From Mobula hypostoma (taxonomy: Eukaryota): a stretch of DNA of 64,000 nt. The stretch's first letter is position 1; every line of letters starts with the position of its first letter. Shown here one piece after another: positions 10,626-24,030 of the stretch. Made by a program: the position numbers and the translations under genes. The stretch covers positions 193,318,001 to 193,382,000 of the forward strand of contig NC_086097.1 in the NCBI RefSeq assembly GCF_963921235.1, written 5' to 3'. A model generated the notes under the pieces. It saw only the letters and a program-made list of their open reading frames with translations, was not told the origin of the DNA and did not search any database.

Positions 10626-13600
10626 GAGGACCATTTAATTGCCTTACAACAGTGGGGTAAAAACTGTCCTTGAGCCTGGAGCACATACTTTCTGTCCGAT
10701 GGGGTGGGGGGGGGGGAGGAATGAAAAAGAATGCCCAGCATTGTCTTCCAATCTCCACATGTGCAAGAATCATCTGTGCACTATAAATGAATGATTGAAG
10801 TCAGAATGATCTTCTGCCTCATTTTGAAGTGACAAAGATTGAACAGTTTTTCATTCACCCTGAAGATTTAACTCTTAACAAGTAGGGAAGCTTGTTGAGG
10901 GTGAGGTGAGGGTTGTAACAGGGATGATTGAAAAAGGATTGTGAGATGACAAAGCCTTGTTTTACTCCAGTCTGCACTGTGATTGGATTTGTTTGGACCC
11001 ATTAGTGAGGTTCATGCTTTGCTGTCATCCTGTAGCAGATATAAAATAGTAACAAATCTCTGAGGAAGGCAGATGGTGTAACTGTCAGTAAGGGTTTGTG
11101 AAAGAACATTATTAAGTATGCAGCTACTCCCTATGTCCTTCAACCAGTTTGCTTTGTCTATGATACAACAAACCTCTTCACTCACTTTCCCATGAGTGGG
11201 AGATTGGATATTATCAATTAGTTAAGCTTTAGGTATGCAAGTTATGTAATGACATCATACGTGCTGTAACGTTCAGTCACAAAAAGTTTACTTGAACTCT
11301 AAAACAAACTTTGAAGATCAGAATTAAATAAAATGACTTGATAGAAGTTATTTGTTTTATTTTCAAGATGATGGGATATTTTAAATTCTCAGGTTAGGCT
11401 TTCCATAATGCTTCATATAATTTCTCGCCCAGAAAGCAAGCAGACAAACAGCACTTTTGAACTAAAAAAACTCAAGAATTTATCATTACAATTCCACACC
11501 TCCTTCTCATTCTCGTGGTTCAAATTCATATTTTCCTTGCAATGTGATCTATAATCCTTTTGTATGATCAACCCATTGGCTGCCAGAGCAACCTTTCCAC
11601 CTGGGACCTCCCTTCCATTAGTCATCTTTCCTGTTTCTATCTGCCTAACGCCTACATGCCTATCCATCTGGGTTTCATCTTGCCATCACCCTTCCCTTAC
11701 CTGTTTCCATTTTCACCCATCACCCTCTGTCTTGCAACAACACCTCCCTTCCCCCAACTAGCTCCATCGGCCCACCATCCTCCTTGTCACCTTGTTCCAT
11801 CTATCACTTACCTCACTGTCACTATCTCAGCCATTGCCCTGAAAGGTGATGAAGAAACGACATCACTTTTCACAGGAGAAGACACTACAATATCCCTTTA
11901 ATACTGAATGATGACAGGGAGGATTCAAATGCCATCATCATCACTGAAAAGAAAAAAAATAGATTAGTTTTATTTGTTACATATACATCAAAACATCCCA
12001 TGAATTGTGTCGTTTGCATCAAATCAAATCAGTGAAGATTGTGTTGGGCAGCCCGTTAGTTTTGCCACACTTCCAGCACCAATATAGCATACCCACAGCT
12101 CACCAACCCCAACTGCATGTCCTTGGAATGTGGGAGGGAACTGGAGGACCTGGAGGAAAGCCACTCAGTCATGGGGAGAACAATACTGAAATAGTATGAT
12201 ACACATTAATGGGGTGGAAAGCTGGTGCACTTAAACTACTGTGAAAAAGCTTTCACTACATGTTTAGGAAAAGTTATGTCAGGTGGGTGGTTTCCCATAC
12301 TGGAGGATGCCTGTATGTGACTTTGTTTAATGCGGAAAGGGGGTTGCACAGGCAGCCACAATACAACCCTTGACAGCTTCAGGTCAGAGTCCAGTGGCAT
12401 GGCATGCAAGATGACTGTGGACCATTTACTGTTGCAGCCTTCCTCTACCTTCACTACTGTTGTGATGTGCCATCATCTTCCACTAACGTTACTGCTGAGG
12501 TCTTGATCAGAGTCTGTAAACTCCACCTTGACCTTACCAATATGGGTGACCCCACCAGGAGCTAAGAACCAGATGATTAAACTCTAGACAGCATTGCTCT
12601 CTGGATGTCTGGAAATCACAAGCCTCTCCACCACAATGAGGTGACGATCCTTGGAGAAGAGCAAAAATATAGAACACATGGGACTGTAGATGCAGGAACT
12701 TAGAGCAAAACACAAAATATTGAAGGAGTTCAGTTGGTCAAGAAGCACTTGTGAAGGTAAAGGGATGGTTAATGTTTCAGGTCCTGACCCTGCATCAGGG
12801 CGGAAGGTGTAGAGGGAAGATAGCTAGTATAACGAGATGAGAGGGAGGGCTGCGACAGGTATGGAAACACCAGTGCCCAGGACTAATAAGGCACCAGAAA
12901 GTGGTGGATGCAGCCCAGTCCATCACAGTCAAATCCTTCCCCACCATTGGGTACATTTACATGGAGCGCTGGCACAAGAAAGCGGCATCCATTCACCAAA
13001 GACCTCCACAAACCAGACTTTGCACTCTTCTTCCACTATTACCATTGGGCGAAAGGTACATAACCTTTGATCCTACATGACCAGGTTTAAGAAGAGTTAT
13101 TACCACACAACTATCACCGTAGATAACTTCATTCGCCACTATTCTGAACTAACTTCATTCACCACTACTCTGAACTGCTTCTATGATCTATTGAACTTTC
13201 AATGTCTCTTTAAAAGTCATGTTCTCCGTATCATTTTTCTTTGTACAGTTTTTCTTTAGCACATCGGTGGTTTGCCCGTCCTTGCCTTTTTACGTATAGT
13301 TTTGAATAAAATTCTATTGTGTTTCTTTCTCTCCCGTAAATGCCTGCAAGAAAATATATTTCAAGGTAGCATACAGTAACATATATGTATTTTGATAATG
13401 AATTTACTTTAAATTTTGGTTTCCCATAGATCTACCCCCAGTCCTAACCCTCCCCCCCCATCATTACAAGAATGAGTTCCCTTCTTTCTCAGTCCTGAAG
13501 AAGGATCTTGCCCGAAATGCTGAGTTCCATAGGTTTCCAAGGATGCTGCATGACCAGCATTTCGTTGGTGTTGCCTAGGGTTTCCCTTGTCCTCACATAT

Positions 13601-14379
13601 CACCCCACGATCCTCTGCATCTAACATATCACTCTCCACAATGTCTGCTTTCTCCAACAGGATCCCATCACCAGACTTATCATCCCCTTTGCTCTCTTTG
13701 AAAATACCTTATCTACTCACCTCTACTCACCAATTTCTCCCCCTAGACAACTGTCCAAAATGTTCCGCCTGCTCTAGCACCGCCTCCCTCAAATCTATTC
13801 AGGGTCAATCCAAGTGACACAGCACTTCACATGTGAATCTATCTATTGCATCCCGTGCTCCCAGTGCTGTCTTCTTTACAGTGGTGAGACCCGACACAGA
13901 TTGGGCGATCACATTTTAGAGTGCCTTTGCTGTAACAGCCAAGATTTTTTGTACTTCGTTCCATTTGGCTATCTGCATTCTTATTTGTGTCTCATTTGTA
14001 TTGATTTCCTTTCTCCAGAATCATTTTGGTAATAGGCCATTACAAAACAGCTTATTCTCTATTGCAAGTAATAACTCATCTGCTGAGAATTTCCAGAATT
14101 TTTTATTTCAGTCAGCCAGCATATTGTATATTTGGTTTTCATTTTAATGATAATGATAGTTTTGTCATTTTCACCTTCTCTACTTGAATCTATTAGGCCT
14201 TCCCCTGGCCCATTACTGCTTTGCATTTAATCTCCTCTCTGTTCTGCCTGACCATACTTTCCCTTTTATATTTTATCCCCAATTTACCCTATTATAACAT
14301 CTTAAGTCCTGAATATTTCAAGAGTTTTTGCAAATCAACGTTAACTCTGTTTTACCGTTTTTCTCAATCACTGAAGAGG

Positions 14380-14720
14380 TGTTTATTTATTTATTTGTTT
14401 GTTTGTTTATTTAGAGATAGAGAATGGTTATTTATTTATTTGTTTGTTTGTTTGTTTCGAGATAGAGCATGGCTATTTATTTATTTGTTTGTTTAGAGAT
14501 AGAGCATGGTTACTGCCCCTCTCAGCCCAACGAGCCCGCAGCACCACCCTCCCCATGACACTCATGTGACCATGTGGGAGGAAACCGGAGCACCCAGAGG
14601 AAATCCACGTGATCACGGGGAGAACGTGCAAGCTCTTTACAGGCAGAGGCAGGAATTGAACCAGGGATGCTAGCACTTTAATGTTGTTATGCTTACTGCT
14701 ACACTACTGTGTTGCCCCAC
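14380..14720 (-). mobile_element. tRNA-derived SINE with a triplicated ~45-bp tail unit
   Basis: ggaaaccggagcacccagaggaaatccacg...ggaattgaacc is the reverse complement of the V-SINE core and B box. tatttatttatttgtttgttt...gagatagagcatgg occurs three times in 14383-14508. Confidence 0.7.
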
Positions 14721-15094
14721 TAAAACTGTCTGAGTATTTCTATTGTTGTCTGCTTTCAAAAAAATATTTTGACTAACTGCTCCAAGTAACTGTGCTATTT
14801 CCTGTCTCAGATAAGGATTTAATACAGGACACTCTTAAACTCACATGATAGATGGAGAGCACACACACAAAATGCTGGGGGAACTCAGCATGCCAGGCAA
14901 CATCTAGGAAAAGAGTACAGTTCAGGCTGAAACCCTTTGGCAGGTGGCTGAGTCCACTTCAAAGGAACTAGTGAGGAGAATGCAATCGGTTCATGGAGCC
15001 TACTCATCCTTCATTGTAATCAAGTCTTTTCCTCTCCTGAAGAGAGCGAAGCAGGAAATGACCACTTGGCTCTGCTGTTTAATTCTATATTAGC

Positions 15095-16735
15095 TGATCC
15101 TGCAACGTCAGGCCCTGATGGTGTACCTGCCGTGGTTCTGAAAACCTGTGCCAACCAATTGGTGGGAGTATTCAAGGACATCTTCAATCTCTCACTGCTG
15201 CAGTCAGAGGTTCCCATTGGTTTCAAAAGGGCGACAATCATACCAATGCCCAAGAAGAGAAGGGTAAGCTGCCTCAAAGACTATCGGCCAGTGTCACTCA
15301 GATCAGAATCAGCTTTAATATCACCAGCATGTGTCATGAAATTTGTTAACTTTATAGTAGCAGTACAATGAAATGCATGATAAATAAATATAGAAAAAAA
15401 ATGGAATTACATTAAATATATATATAAAACAGTTAATTAAAGTAAGTAATACAAAAAAACAGAAATAAATACATTAGTGAGGTAGCATTCATTGGTCCAA
15501 TGTCCATCTAGAAGTCAGATGGCAGAGGGGAAGAGGCTGTTCCTGAATCACTGAGTGTGTGCCTTCAGGCTTCTGTACCTCCTTTCTGATGGCAACAACG
15601 AGAGGACAGCATGTCCTAGGCGGTGGAGGTCTTTAATGATGGACGCCACCTTCTCACGGTACAGCTCCTTTAAGATATCTTGGATACTATGGAGGCTAGT
15701 ACCCATGATGGAACTGACTGATTTTACAGTTTTCTGCAATTTATTTAGATCTTGTGCAGTAGCCCCCAATACCAGACAGTGATGCAGCCTGTCAGAATGC
15801 TCTCCACGGTACATCTATAGAAGTTGTCAAGTGTTTTAGTTGACAATCCAAATCTTCTCAAACTCCAGATGAAATATAGCTGCTGTCTTGCCTTCTTAAT
15901 AGCTGCATCAATATGCTGTGTCCGTCCAGGTTAGGTCCTCAGAGATATTGACACCCAGGAACTTTAAACTGCTCACTATCTCCACTTCTGATCCCTCTAT
16001 GAGGATTGGTTTGTGTTCCCTCATCTTACATTTTCTATGGTCCACAATCAAGTCTATGGTCTTACTGACGCTGAGTGCAAGGTTGTTGCTGTGACACCAC
16101 TTCACTAATTGGTATATCTTGCTTCTGTACGCCCTTTCGTCACCATCTGAAATTCTGCCAACAATGGTGTATCATCAAATTTATAGATGGCATTTGGGCT
16201 GTGCCTAGCCACACAGTCATGGGTGTAGAGAGAATAGAGCAGTGGGTTAAGCTTTGAGAGATTGGTCATAGCTAAAATCTATTCCTGCCTAAGCAAGGAC
16301 CTGGACCCACTGCAATTTGCCTATCACCACAATAGGTCTACATCACATACAATCTCACTGGCTCTCCACTTGGCCTTTGATCTCCTGGACCGACATCAGG
16401 CTGCTGTTTACTGACGGCAGGTTAGCATTGAACACACTCAGACCCTCAGTTCTAACCAACAATCTCCAAAACCTAAACCACTGTACCTCCCTCTGCAACT
16501 GGATCCTTAGCTCCCTCGCGGGAGACCACAGCCTGTGTAGATCAAAAATAACATCTTCTCCTCACTGACATTCAACAGTGGTTTACCTCAAGGATGCATG
16601 CTTAGCCCACTGCTCTACACTCTCCATGCCAACAATTGTGTGGCTAAGCACAGCTCAAATGCCATTTATACATTTTCTGGTGACACAACTACAGTATTGT
16701 TGGCAGCATTTCAGATGGTGATGATCAAGCACTGA
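15095..16735 (+). mobile_element. Rex1/Babar RT fragment (+) interrupted by an antisense Rex1/Babar 3' half (about 15300-16250)
   Basis: GPDGVPAVVLKTCANQLVGVFKDIFNLSL...DYRPVSL resumes at about 16251 (FERLV...DPLQFAY). The inner minus-strand copy gives WCHSNNLALSVSKT and FKFLGVNISEDLTW and ends in a (gattct)n tail. Confidence 0.8.
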
Positions 16736-17261
16736 TGATGTGGATTTGATTTCAACATTTAAGATGTTCGGATGTATGGGAGAGGTATGGAGGCTATGGT
16801 CCATAGTGTGGGCCAATGGGACTGGGCAGAATAACAGTTTGGCATGGACTAAATGGGCCAAAAGGCCTGTTTCTGTGCTACAGTGCTCTATAAATAATCC
16901 CATTTTATTCTTCTCACAGTCCCATCAACTCAACCCCTTCCCACTCCATTTCTGTAGATCACTTCCTCTGTGGTCTTCCCTTTACCTTTCATGTCAATTT
17001 TTTTCTCCTTTATCAGGAATATGCACCGGCTAGGTCTGATCCTGAGGGGATAGCTTTGGCAGTTTAATCCTGTCCTCATCTAAATAGAGAGGCTTGAGGC
17101 CTACTCTTGACAGTATGCGGCAAAGACGGGCTTCTGCCTGAACTCCATTCCATTACTTGTCAGTGGAAAGCACTGAGTGATATTCTATTGCATTTTGTAA
17201 AAAATTGCCAGACCCTAAATCATTTCTACAGCCTACTTATGTTGCCAAAATCAAATGCTTA

Positions 17262-17853
17262 TGTAACCCTCATGTTCTCCTAGTGGCTTAATCTAGGGAA
17301 AAGCAGCCTCCAGCCCAGCCAAGCTCAAGAAATCTTGTTTGGGTGGATGCTGCGTCATGGGTTCCCTTGTTACAAATCAGTACCATGAAATAACAAACAG
17401 TACATTATGTGCTATTAAACGATTGAGCTTTATAATTGTTAATTTGACTACATGGTTAGTAAAGAAACAAAAAAAAGGAAATGGGCAAAGAAAAGGGCCC
17501 ATTCTCATGAATCAATCTAATGCAGCTCACGGTTCCATCCATTCATTCCCCGTCGAACTCCTTTGAGCATCGCCAACCCTTGGACCCTCGCTTCAAGTCC
17601 ACTCCGGCGGTCTACCAACTCTCTCCACTCGCGTCTTCTCTCTTCATCTCTTGCCAACAAAAGACCACGAATCCTTTCTCTCAGGCTCACAGGACAGAAA
17701 CAACATGCCTCTCATTGGATAGCGCACATTCCAAAGCCCCCAGTATCTCTAGTCACAACCCAAACACAGCTGCTACAGGGAAACCATTGCGTTAGCAGTG
17801 AATCATTACAGAGAGGCCATTACATTAGCAGCAAAACCTTACAGCGTGTTACA
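17262..17853. mobile_element. Solo LTR (Gypsy-type)
   Basis: Begins TGTAAC and ends GTTACA (inverted termini), flanked by 4-bp TSD ctta (17258-17261 and 17854-17857). No coding content. Confidence 0.75.
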
Positions 17854-19504
17854 CTTACAATGTGGAAAATTCCAGATGTAGAAGTATTTTCCTTTTCTAT
17901 TTTGTATGCCTGTGTTTAGAAATTAGATAACAACTGCTCTGCCGGAGATGAAGCCAGGGTCAGTGATGCATCAGTTTGTGAAAAGGTGACCCAGTTGCAA
18001 CGACAAATTGATTTTTTTTGTCTGGAGTGAAACACAATAGGAGCCATTGTTTCACATCACTCACTGTGGTAATTTGACATGGTTCTTCTGGCCATGAGTC
18101 ACCCTTGTGCCTTGATATGAGTTCTACTTTGGTGACGTGTGACATGATGTCATTCCTTGTGCAATGCTCATTTTGGAACAGGACAAGGAAATATGACCCA
18201 TTTTGTTCTTGGGATGCAGTTTGTTGGGAATACTACAACAAGGTGGTTCCCCAGCATAGTATTGGACTGTTAATGTATTATTTTTCAGGTCCTTACCTCT
18301 AATGAGCACTGATTCCAGCCCAAACACCCTAATCTTCAGACCTACCCTGACCTGGTGATCATCTGAATCCGAGACACTGATCAAATGATCCACTTCCCCA
18401 ATCCACTCTCTTCCAAAGAAAAACACTGCTATTTTATCTACACCTCTTGCAAACTGAAAGTCTCTCAGTTATGTTCTCTATCCTCTTGCCCCTTTCCCAC
18501 CACTCCAAAACAACTGTCTTTCAAAACATGCTCCTTCTCATTGTTACCATCAGGTAGGAGGTACAGAAGCCTGAAGGCGCACAGTCAGTGATTCAGGAAC
18601 AGCTTCTTCCCCGCTGCCACCTGATTTCTGAATAGATATTGAACCCATGAACACTACATCAATACTTTTTTAAAAATTTCTATTTTTTCACCATTTATTT
18701 TACTTTAACTATTTAATATACATATATATTCATGCTGTAATTCAATTTTCCCCTATATTTATCATGTATTATATTGAACCACTGTTGCACAGTTATCAAA
18801 TTTCATGACCTATACCAGTGATATTGAACCTGATTCTGATTCTCCTGTCTCCAACCCATACCTTTTTTTCCCAAAGTGTCAGGCTTCTTATTTATCTACC
18901 CTCCACCCCCCACTGCTGGACCTGATTAACTCTGTAAAGCTCATTCCAAACTATAGGGTTACTCTGCTCCCTTCCCATGAGTGGCTGCCCTCCAAGCCAA
19001 CAGCTTCCTGTCATAGCACAGGCACGGCCCAGTTGGGCCTATTGTAATATTCTCAGGTGAAATTAAAAACATCATTGGTGGATAAATGGCTGAAGTGGCT
19101 GCCAACCCCACATAGCGAACACCAGAATTCTTCTGCAAGTTGTTCTTGAGCACAGATGCTCACAAGAAATGTTAATCTGAAATAGGAAAACATTATTTCT
19201 GGCTGTACATGAAGTGCAGAAAAAAGGTCTGATTCATGTAAACAGTTTACTATCAGATTCTGATTGCTTCTCCATCCTTCACTTGCTGGGACTGAAATAG
19301 GACACCAAATGATGTTTGTTTTACCTTGACTCCAAGATGATACCATAGGAAAGATTTTACTTTGTCTGAGTCAGATTAGGTTTGGAAGGTGCATACTCTG
19401 TGCTGAAATGACAGTAGCTTATATATGCATCTTCAGCATAATAAAGTATCCCAAAGGAACTGCTTGGAAAATTGTAAAAGCATAATAATGCACAGATATT
19501 CTTG

Positions 19505-19540
19505 CATTACATTACATTACATTACATTGTGTTACATTAA
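19505..19540. repeat. (CATTA)n microsatellite
   Basis: cattacattacattacattacattg... Confidence 0.8.
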
Positions 19541-21709
19541 TTATTCTAATATTCAAAAATTGTCACATTTCATGATGTGTTTTGTACATTTCTAAGAATA
19601 TTTGTCACCAGATATTTTAATTCTCAAATATGATAATTAAATTATCTGTAATCATTTTCCTGTCCATATTCTCTTGGAAACATCAATAAGATTAACTCCA
19701 AGCCATCTCTTCTGTATTCTGCAGGATCTTTGGAACTTGTGTAAACATTGCACCCTTTGTCAGGGAATCCCCTTCATAGCATGTGAATTAACTTTTATGT
19801 ATAATCTGTGTTGTTTTGCAAGCAAATGTGTTCAGACAGCAAATAATTTGAACAAGCTAGATTGCTTTGATGGCATTAACTTAAAGGCAGAAAATGTTTA
19901 CCAAGATAGGGGAAGGGATTCCTTGTCCTTCTCTAAATAGTACCGTGTAATTTTTTTCATCCTATTTAAACCACCAGAATATATAGACACATTCCCAGTT
20001 CAATATTTTAAAAAATATATAATGTTGCTTCTCTGTTCTCTGCTGACGTTAAGGGTGAAATTTAACTTTAGCAGGAATTCAACGATAAAGTTAGAGTCTT
20101 GACATCAAAGAAAAGCTTGCAGTTGTTATAAGGCTCAAATCTATATTCGTAAATTTAAGCTCATTTCCAAGTTGAATACAACTCAGTTAATTAGTTGAGA
20201 AGATTCTATTTAATTGTAAATACAGAGGAGTGGACACATTACATGAAATATAGGCAGCACAGATAAGCCAAAAATTCCAAATGCAAAATTACATCACTAA
20301 GTGGCACTGTACTGAACAAGAGTTTTGGTTCCTCGATGTACCTGCCGCAGAGCGTACTATCAGAGATGTGAGCAAGTATTTAAAAGCACAAAGTTTACTA
20401 TCAGCTCAACCTGGTCCTTGTTTCAAACACATATACATGTATGTTTTACTTTTAAGGTGATTAGAGGAAAGTATAGGTGTACGTCTGATGTAGGTTTGTC
20501 TCACAGAGTGGTAGGTAGATGGAACACACTGCCGGGGGTGGTGATAGAAGCTGATACATCAGGGGATATTTAACAGAATCTTAAAAGGGCACATGGATAA
20601 AAGAAAAATGGAGGGCTATGTGAAGGGAATGGTTAGATGTGAAGGAATTGGTTAAAAGGTCAGCATAACATTGTGTGCCAAAAGGTCTACGTTCAGCATG
20701 CCAAATGAGTGATACTTGGGAAAGCATAATTTGTCTCGATTCAGTTTATTTCCTATTGAATTAGAAGCTCCCTTCATTATTTATTGCTTTCCTCAATCCA
20801 TTGCCTAACTGCATGCTTTCAAAAATAATAAGATTATTTAAGATGAACAAAAATAATAAAGATTATAAAACCAGTCTGAGAATTCATGGCTCACAGAAAT
20901 GACCCAAACAGTTCCACATACAAATCCAACACATTTTATGTGTTGGATTTGAACAATATTAGCTTCTGAATTGTCCAGGTGGTCGTAAGGTAAAGCCTCA
21001 ATAAACAGTATTATGTAGAGTACGGAACAAACTGCTGGAGAAAATCAGCAGGTAAGGCAGCTTCTGTAGAGGAACTGGACAGACAATATTTCAGGTCAAG
21101 ACCCTTCAACTGGACTCTTTTGTCTCTTGTGTCTCCATTATGCAGAGCATAATGATTTCAGGTTTGGTGTTCTGCTTAGTGGAAGTTGTTATATCTGGAA
21201 GTCAGGAATTATTGAATAAAAATCACACTGTAGACCTTTTTTTAAAAGAAAATTTAGGGTTTTTTTTCTGTCCACTAATTAAACACAGTGTTGGCAAAAT
21301 GCAAGCCACTGCATCTCAATATGTTCAACATCTCAACAGTTGGTCCTGACAAAGGGACTCGGCATGAAATGGTGACTGTTTATTCCTCTCTATCGGTGCT
21401 GCCTCACATGTTGAGCTCCTCCAGTGCTTTGTAGTCATTACTCAGAATTTCCAGCATCTGCATAACCTCTTGTGTTAGAGGTGATTCCTACCCTCCAATA
21501 TTCTTCTGCAATATCCTTCTGAAATGTGGATGACATTAAGCAGGCACTTCCAAGAACTGGAGAGGTACCACCAATATTGTATCTGCAAAATCCTTCAGAT
21601 ACCCTGGCTGGAAAAGCAACTAACTTCACAGTGCTCTTATACAGGCCAACACTTCCAGCAGCAGAGTGCACAGGGCATCAATTCACAGCAGTTTGGTGCT
21701 TGAACAGCG

Positions 21710-24030
21710 GCCAATCAGCGATTGGAATTGATTGACAAGAACAAATAAAATAAGGCGGGAGCAAGTTGAGCTGCCATTTTTGGAGCAGCCTTTGTTGGAG
21801 TGGACAGTGTTAGAGTGGTTATTTAAGAATTTAGCTCTTCGAGCATTCAGCATAGAGAGGCTTGAGTGAGAGAAGGTAAAAGAGCTGTAGGTAGATTTTT
21901 TTCCCCAAGTTTATTAATTGATTCCTTCATTATATTTACACATTTAGAACAGTAGGGATGCTCCTCTTGCGAGACCTCCAGTCATGCAAGTCATGGAGAC
22001 CTCCAGTGTCTCTGATGACTTGACCTGCAAGCAATGCATCCACCTGCAGCTTCTAATACTCCGCATTAAGGATTTGCAGCTGGAGCTGAATGAACTCCGG
22101 AACATTCAGGAGGCCAAGGGGTTGCATAGGACATATAGAGAGGTACTTATACCCAAGGTGCAGATCACAGGAAACTGAGTGAGAGTCAGGAAGGGGAGAG
22201 GGGCTAAACAGTCAGTGCAGAGTACCCATGTGGCCATCCCCCTCAGTTACAAGTATACTGATGGGGTAGATGACCTAGCAGAGGAAAGTTGCTGACGTCA
22301 GTTCTCTGGCACTGAGTCTGACTCTGTGACTCAGAAGGGAAGGGGAGAAGAGGTGAGCTGTGGTGACAGGAGATTAGTTAGTAGGGGAACAGGGAGGAGG
22401 TTCTGTGGACAAGAGTGAGATACCTGGATGGTATGTTGCCTTCCAGGTGCCAGGGTCCAGGACATCGCAGGCTGAGTCCTCAGTATTCTTAAGTGGGAGG
22501 CTGAGCAGCCAGAGGTCATGGTCTATGTAGGTACCATGACATAGGTAGAGAGGGTGACGAAGTTCCGCAAAGTGAGTTCAGGGAGTTAGGTTAAAGGTCA
22601 GGACTTCAAGGGTTGTGATCTCAGTATTGCTAGTGAGGCCAGAAATAGGAAGACCATACAGTTTAACATGTGGCTAAGGAATTGGAGTAGGAGGGAGGGC
22701 ATTTGAATTTTGGATCATTGGGCTCTCTCCCAGGGAAAGTGGGACATGTACAGAAGAGACAGTTTGCTCCTGAACTGGAGGGGTCTATTATCCTGGTGGG
22801 TGCTGCATGGGAGGTGGGGTTTACATTAGGGTTGCAGGAGGATGGGAACCAGAGTGCCAGAACAGATAGTCGAGCTGTTGTGGAGACAGATTTTGTTAAG
22901 ACCTCAGACAAAGTCAGGAATCAAGAGGTTGAGCATTGTTCGACTAATGTTCTGAGCTGCATATATTTCAATGCAAGAAGTATCGTAGGAAATGCAGATG
23001 AGCTCAGGGCATGGACCAACATATGGAATTACAAGGGGTGAATGATAAATTTGTAGCTTAAGGCAGAAGGAGTCAATTTTAGAAAACCTAGCATATTTAT
23101 TTTTCCTACATTTGCACACTTAGTCCAGCAGTCGTGGAGCATATGAATCCTTTCTTTGTAGAAGTCGGCGTCTTGGACCTCCAGAAAGTGGTCCACAGCA
23201 GGGGTGGTTGATAAGTTCGTGGCCTAAGGTAGAAGGAGATGAGTTATTAACTTCAAACTTTCTGCATTTTCACTCAGAGTTGAACTGCACGTGCCTGTAA
23301 CAAGAGCTGTATAACTCATCTCCTTCCACCTAAGGCCACGAACCTATCAATCACCCCTGCTGTGGATCACCTGGAGGTCCAAGACGCTCTCGTTACATGC
23401 ACATGCAGTTCAACTCTTTGAGTGATAATGCAGAAAGTTTGAGGTTAATACTGTAACTCACCTCTTTCTGCCTTAGGCCACGAACTTATCAATCACTCCT
23501 GCTGTGGATCACTTCTACAAAGAAGGGATCCATATGTTCCATGACCGCTGGATTAAGTGTGTACATGTAAGAGAGGACTATGTTGAAAAATAAATGTGCT
23601 AGGTTTTCTAAAATTGACTCCTTCTACCTTAGACCATGAACTTATCAATCACCCCTCATCTGATATTGTAGCCATGTGAGATTGGTTGCAGGAGGGGCAG
23701 GACTGGCAGCTCAGTGTTCCATTGTTTTAGATGTGACAGACAGGGAGGGGTTAAAGGGGGAAGGGTGGCGTTACTAGTCAGGTTCTCAAGAGATATTGAG
23801 GCTGTGGTTAAGACCAAAATGAAGGTGCATTGGAGGTATAGGCAGGTAGGAAGAAATGAGGTATTTATGGAGTATAAGAAATGCAAGAGGACACTTCAGA
23901 AGGAAATCGGGAGAGATAAAAGGAGGAATGAGGCTGACCTAGCAGAGAAGATGAAGGAGAATTCTAAGGGATTCTACAGACTAGATGGGCAAAAGGGCCT
24001 GTTTCTGTGCATTACTTTTTTATGACTATG
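21710..24030 (+). mobile_element. Internally deleted CR1 (5' UTR, ORF1 Zn-finger/esterase remnant, start of ORF2 endonuclease, 3' tail)
   Basis: TCKQCIHLQLL, VCCLPGARVQDI, CIYFNARSIVGNADELRAW, RCDRQGGVKGGRVALLV and a CR1 tail ctatgactatga. Confidence 0.75.
23032..23658. mobile_element. Tc1/Mariner-type non-autonomous fold-back element (MITE) inserted in CR1
   Basis: Long terminal inverted repeats: ta|caaggggtgaatgataa...ggagtcaattttagaaaacctagca and tgctaggttttctaaaattgactcc...cttatcaatcacccctca. Inserted at a TA splitting the CR1 sequence WNY|DIVA. Confidence 0.8.

Noticed and set aside
14383..14508. CRISPR-like regularly spaced repeats (also 35190-35363)
   Set aside because: Eukaryotic context, no unique spacers and no cas genes. 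These are a SINE tail triplication and LTR-internal tandem repeats.
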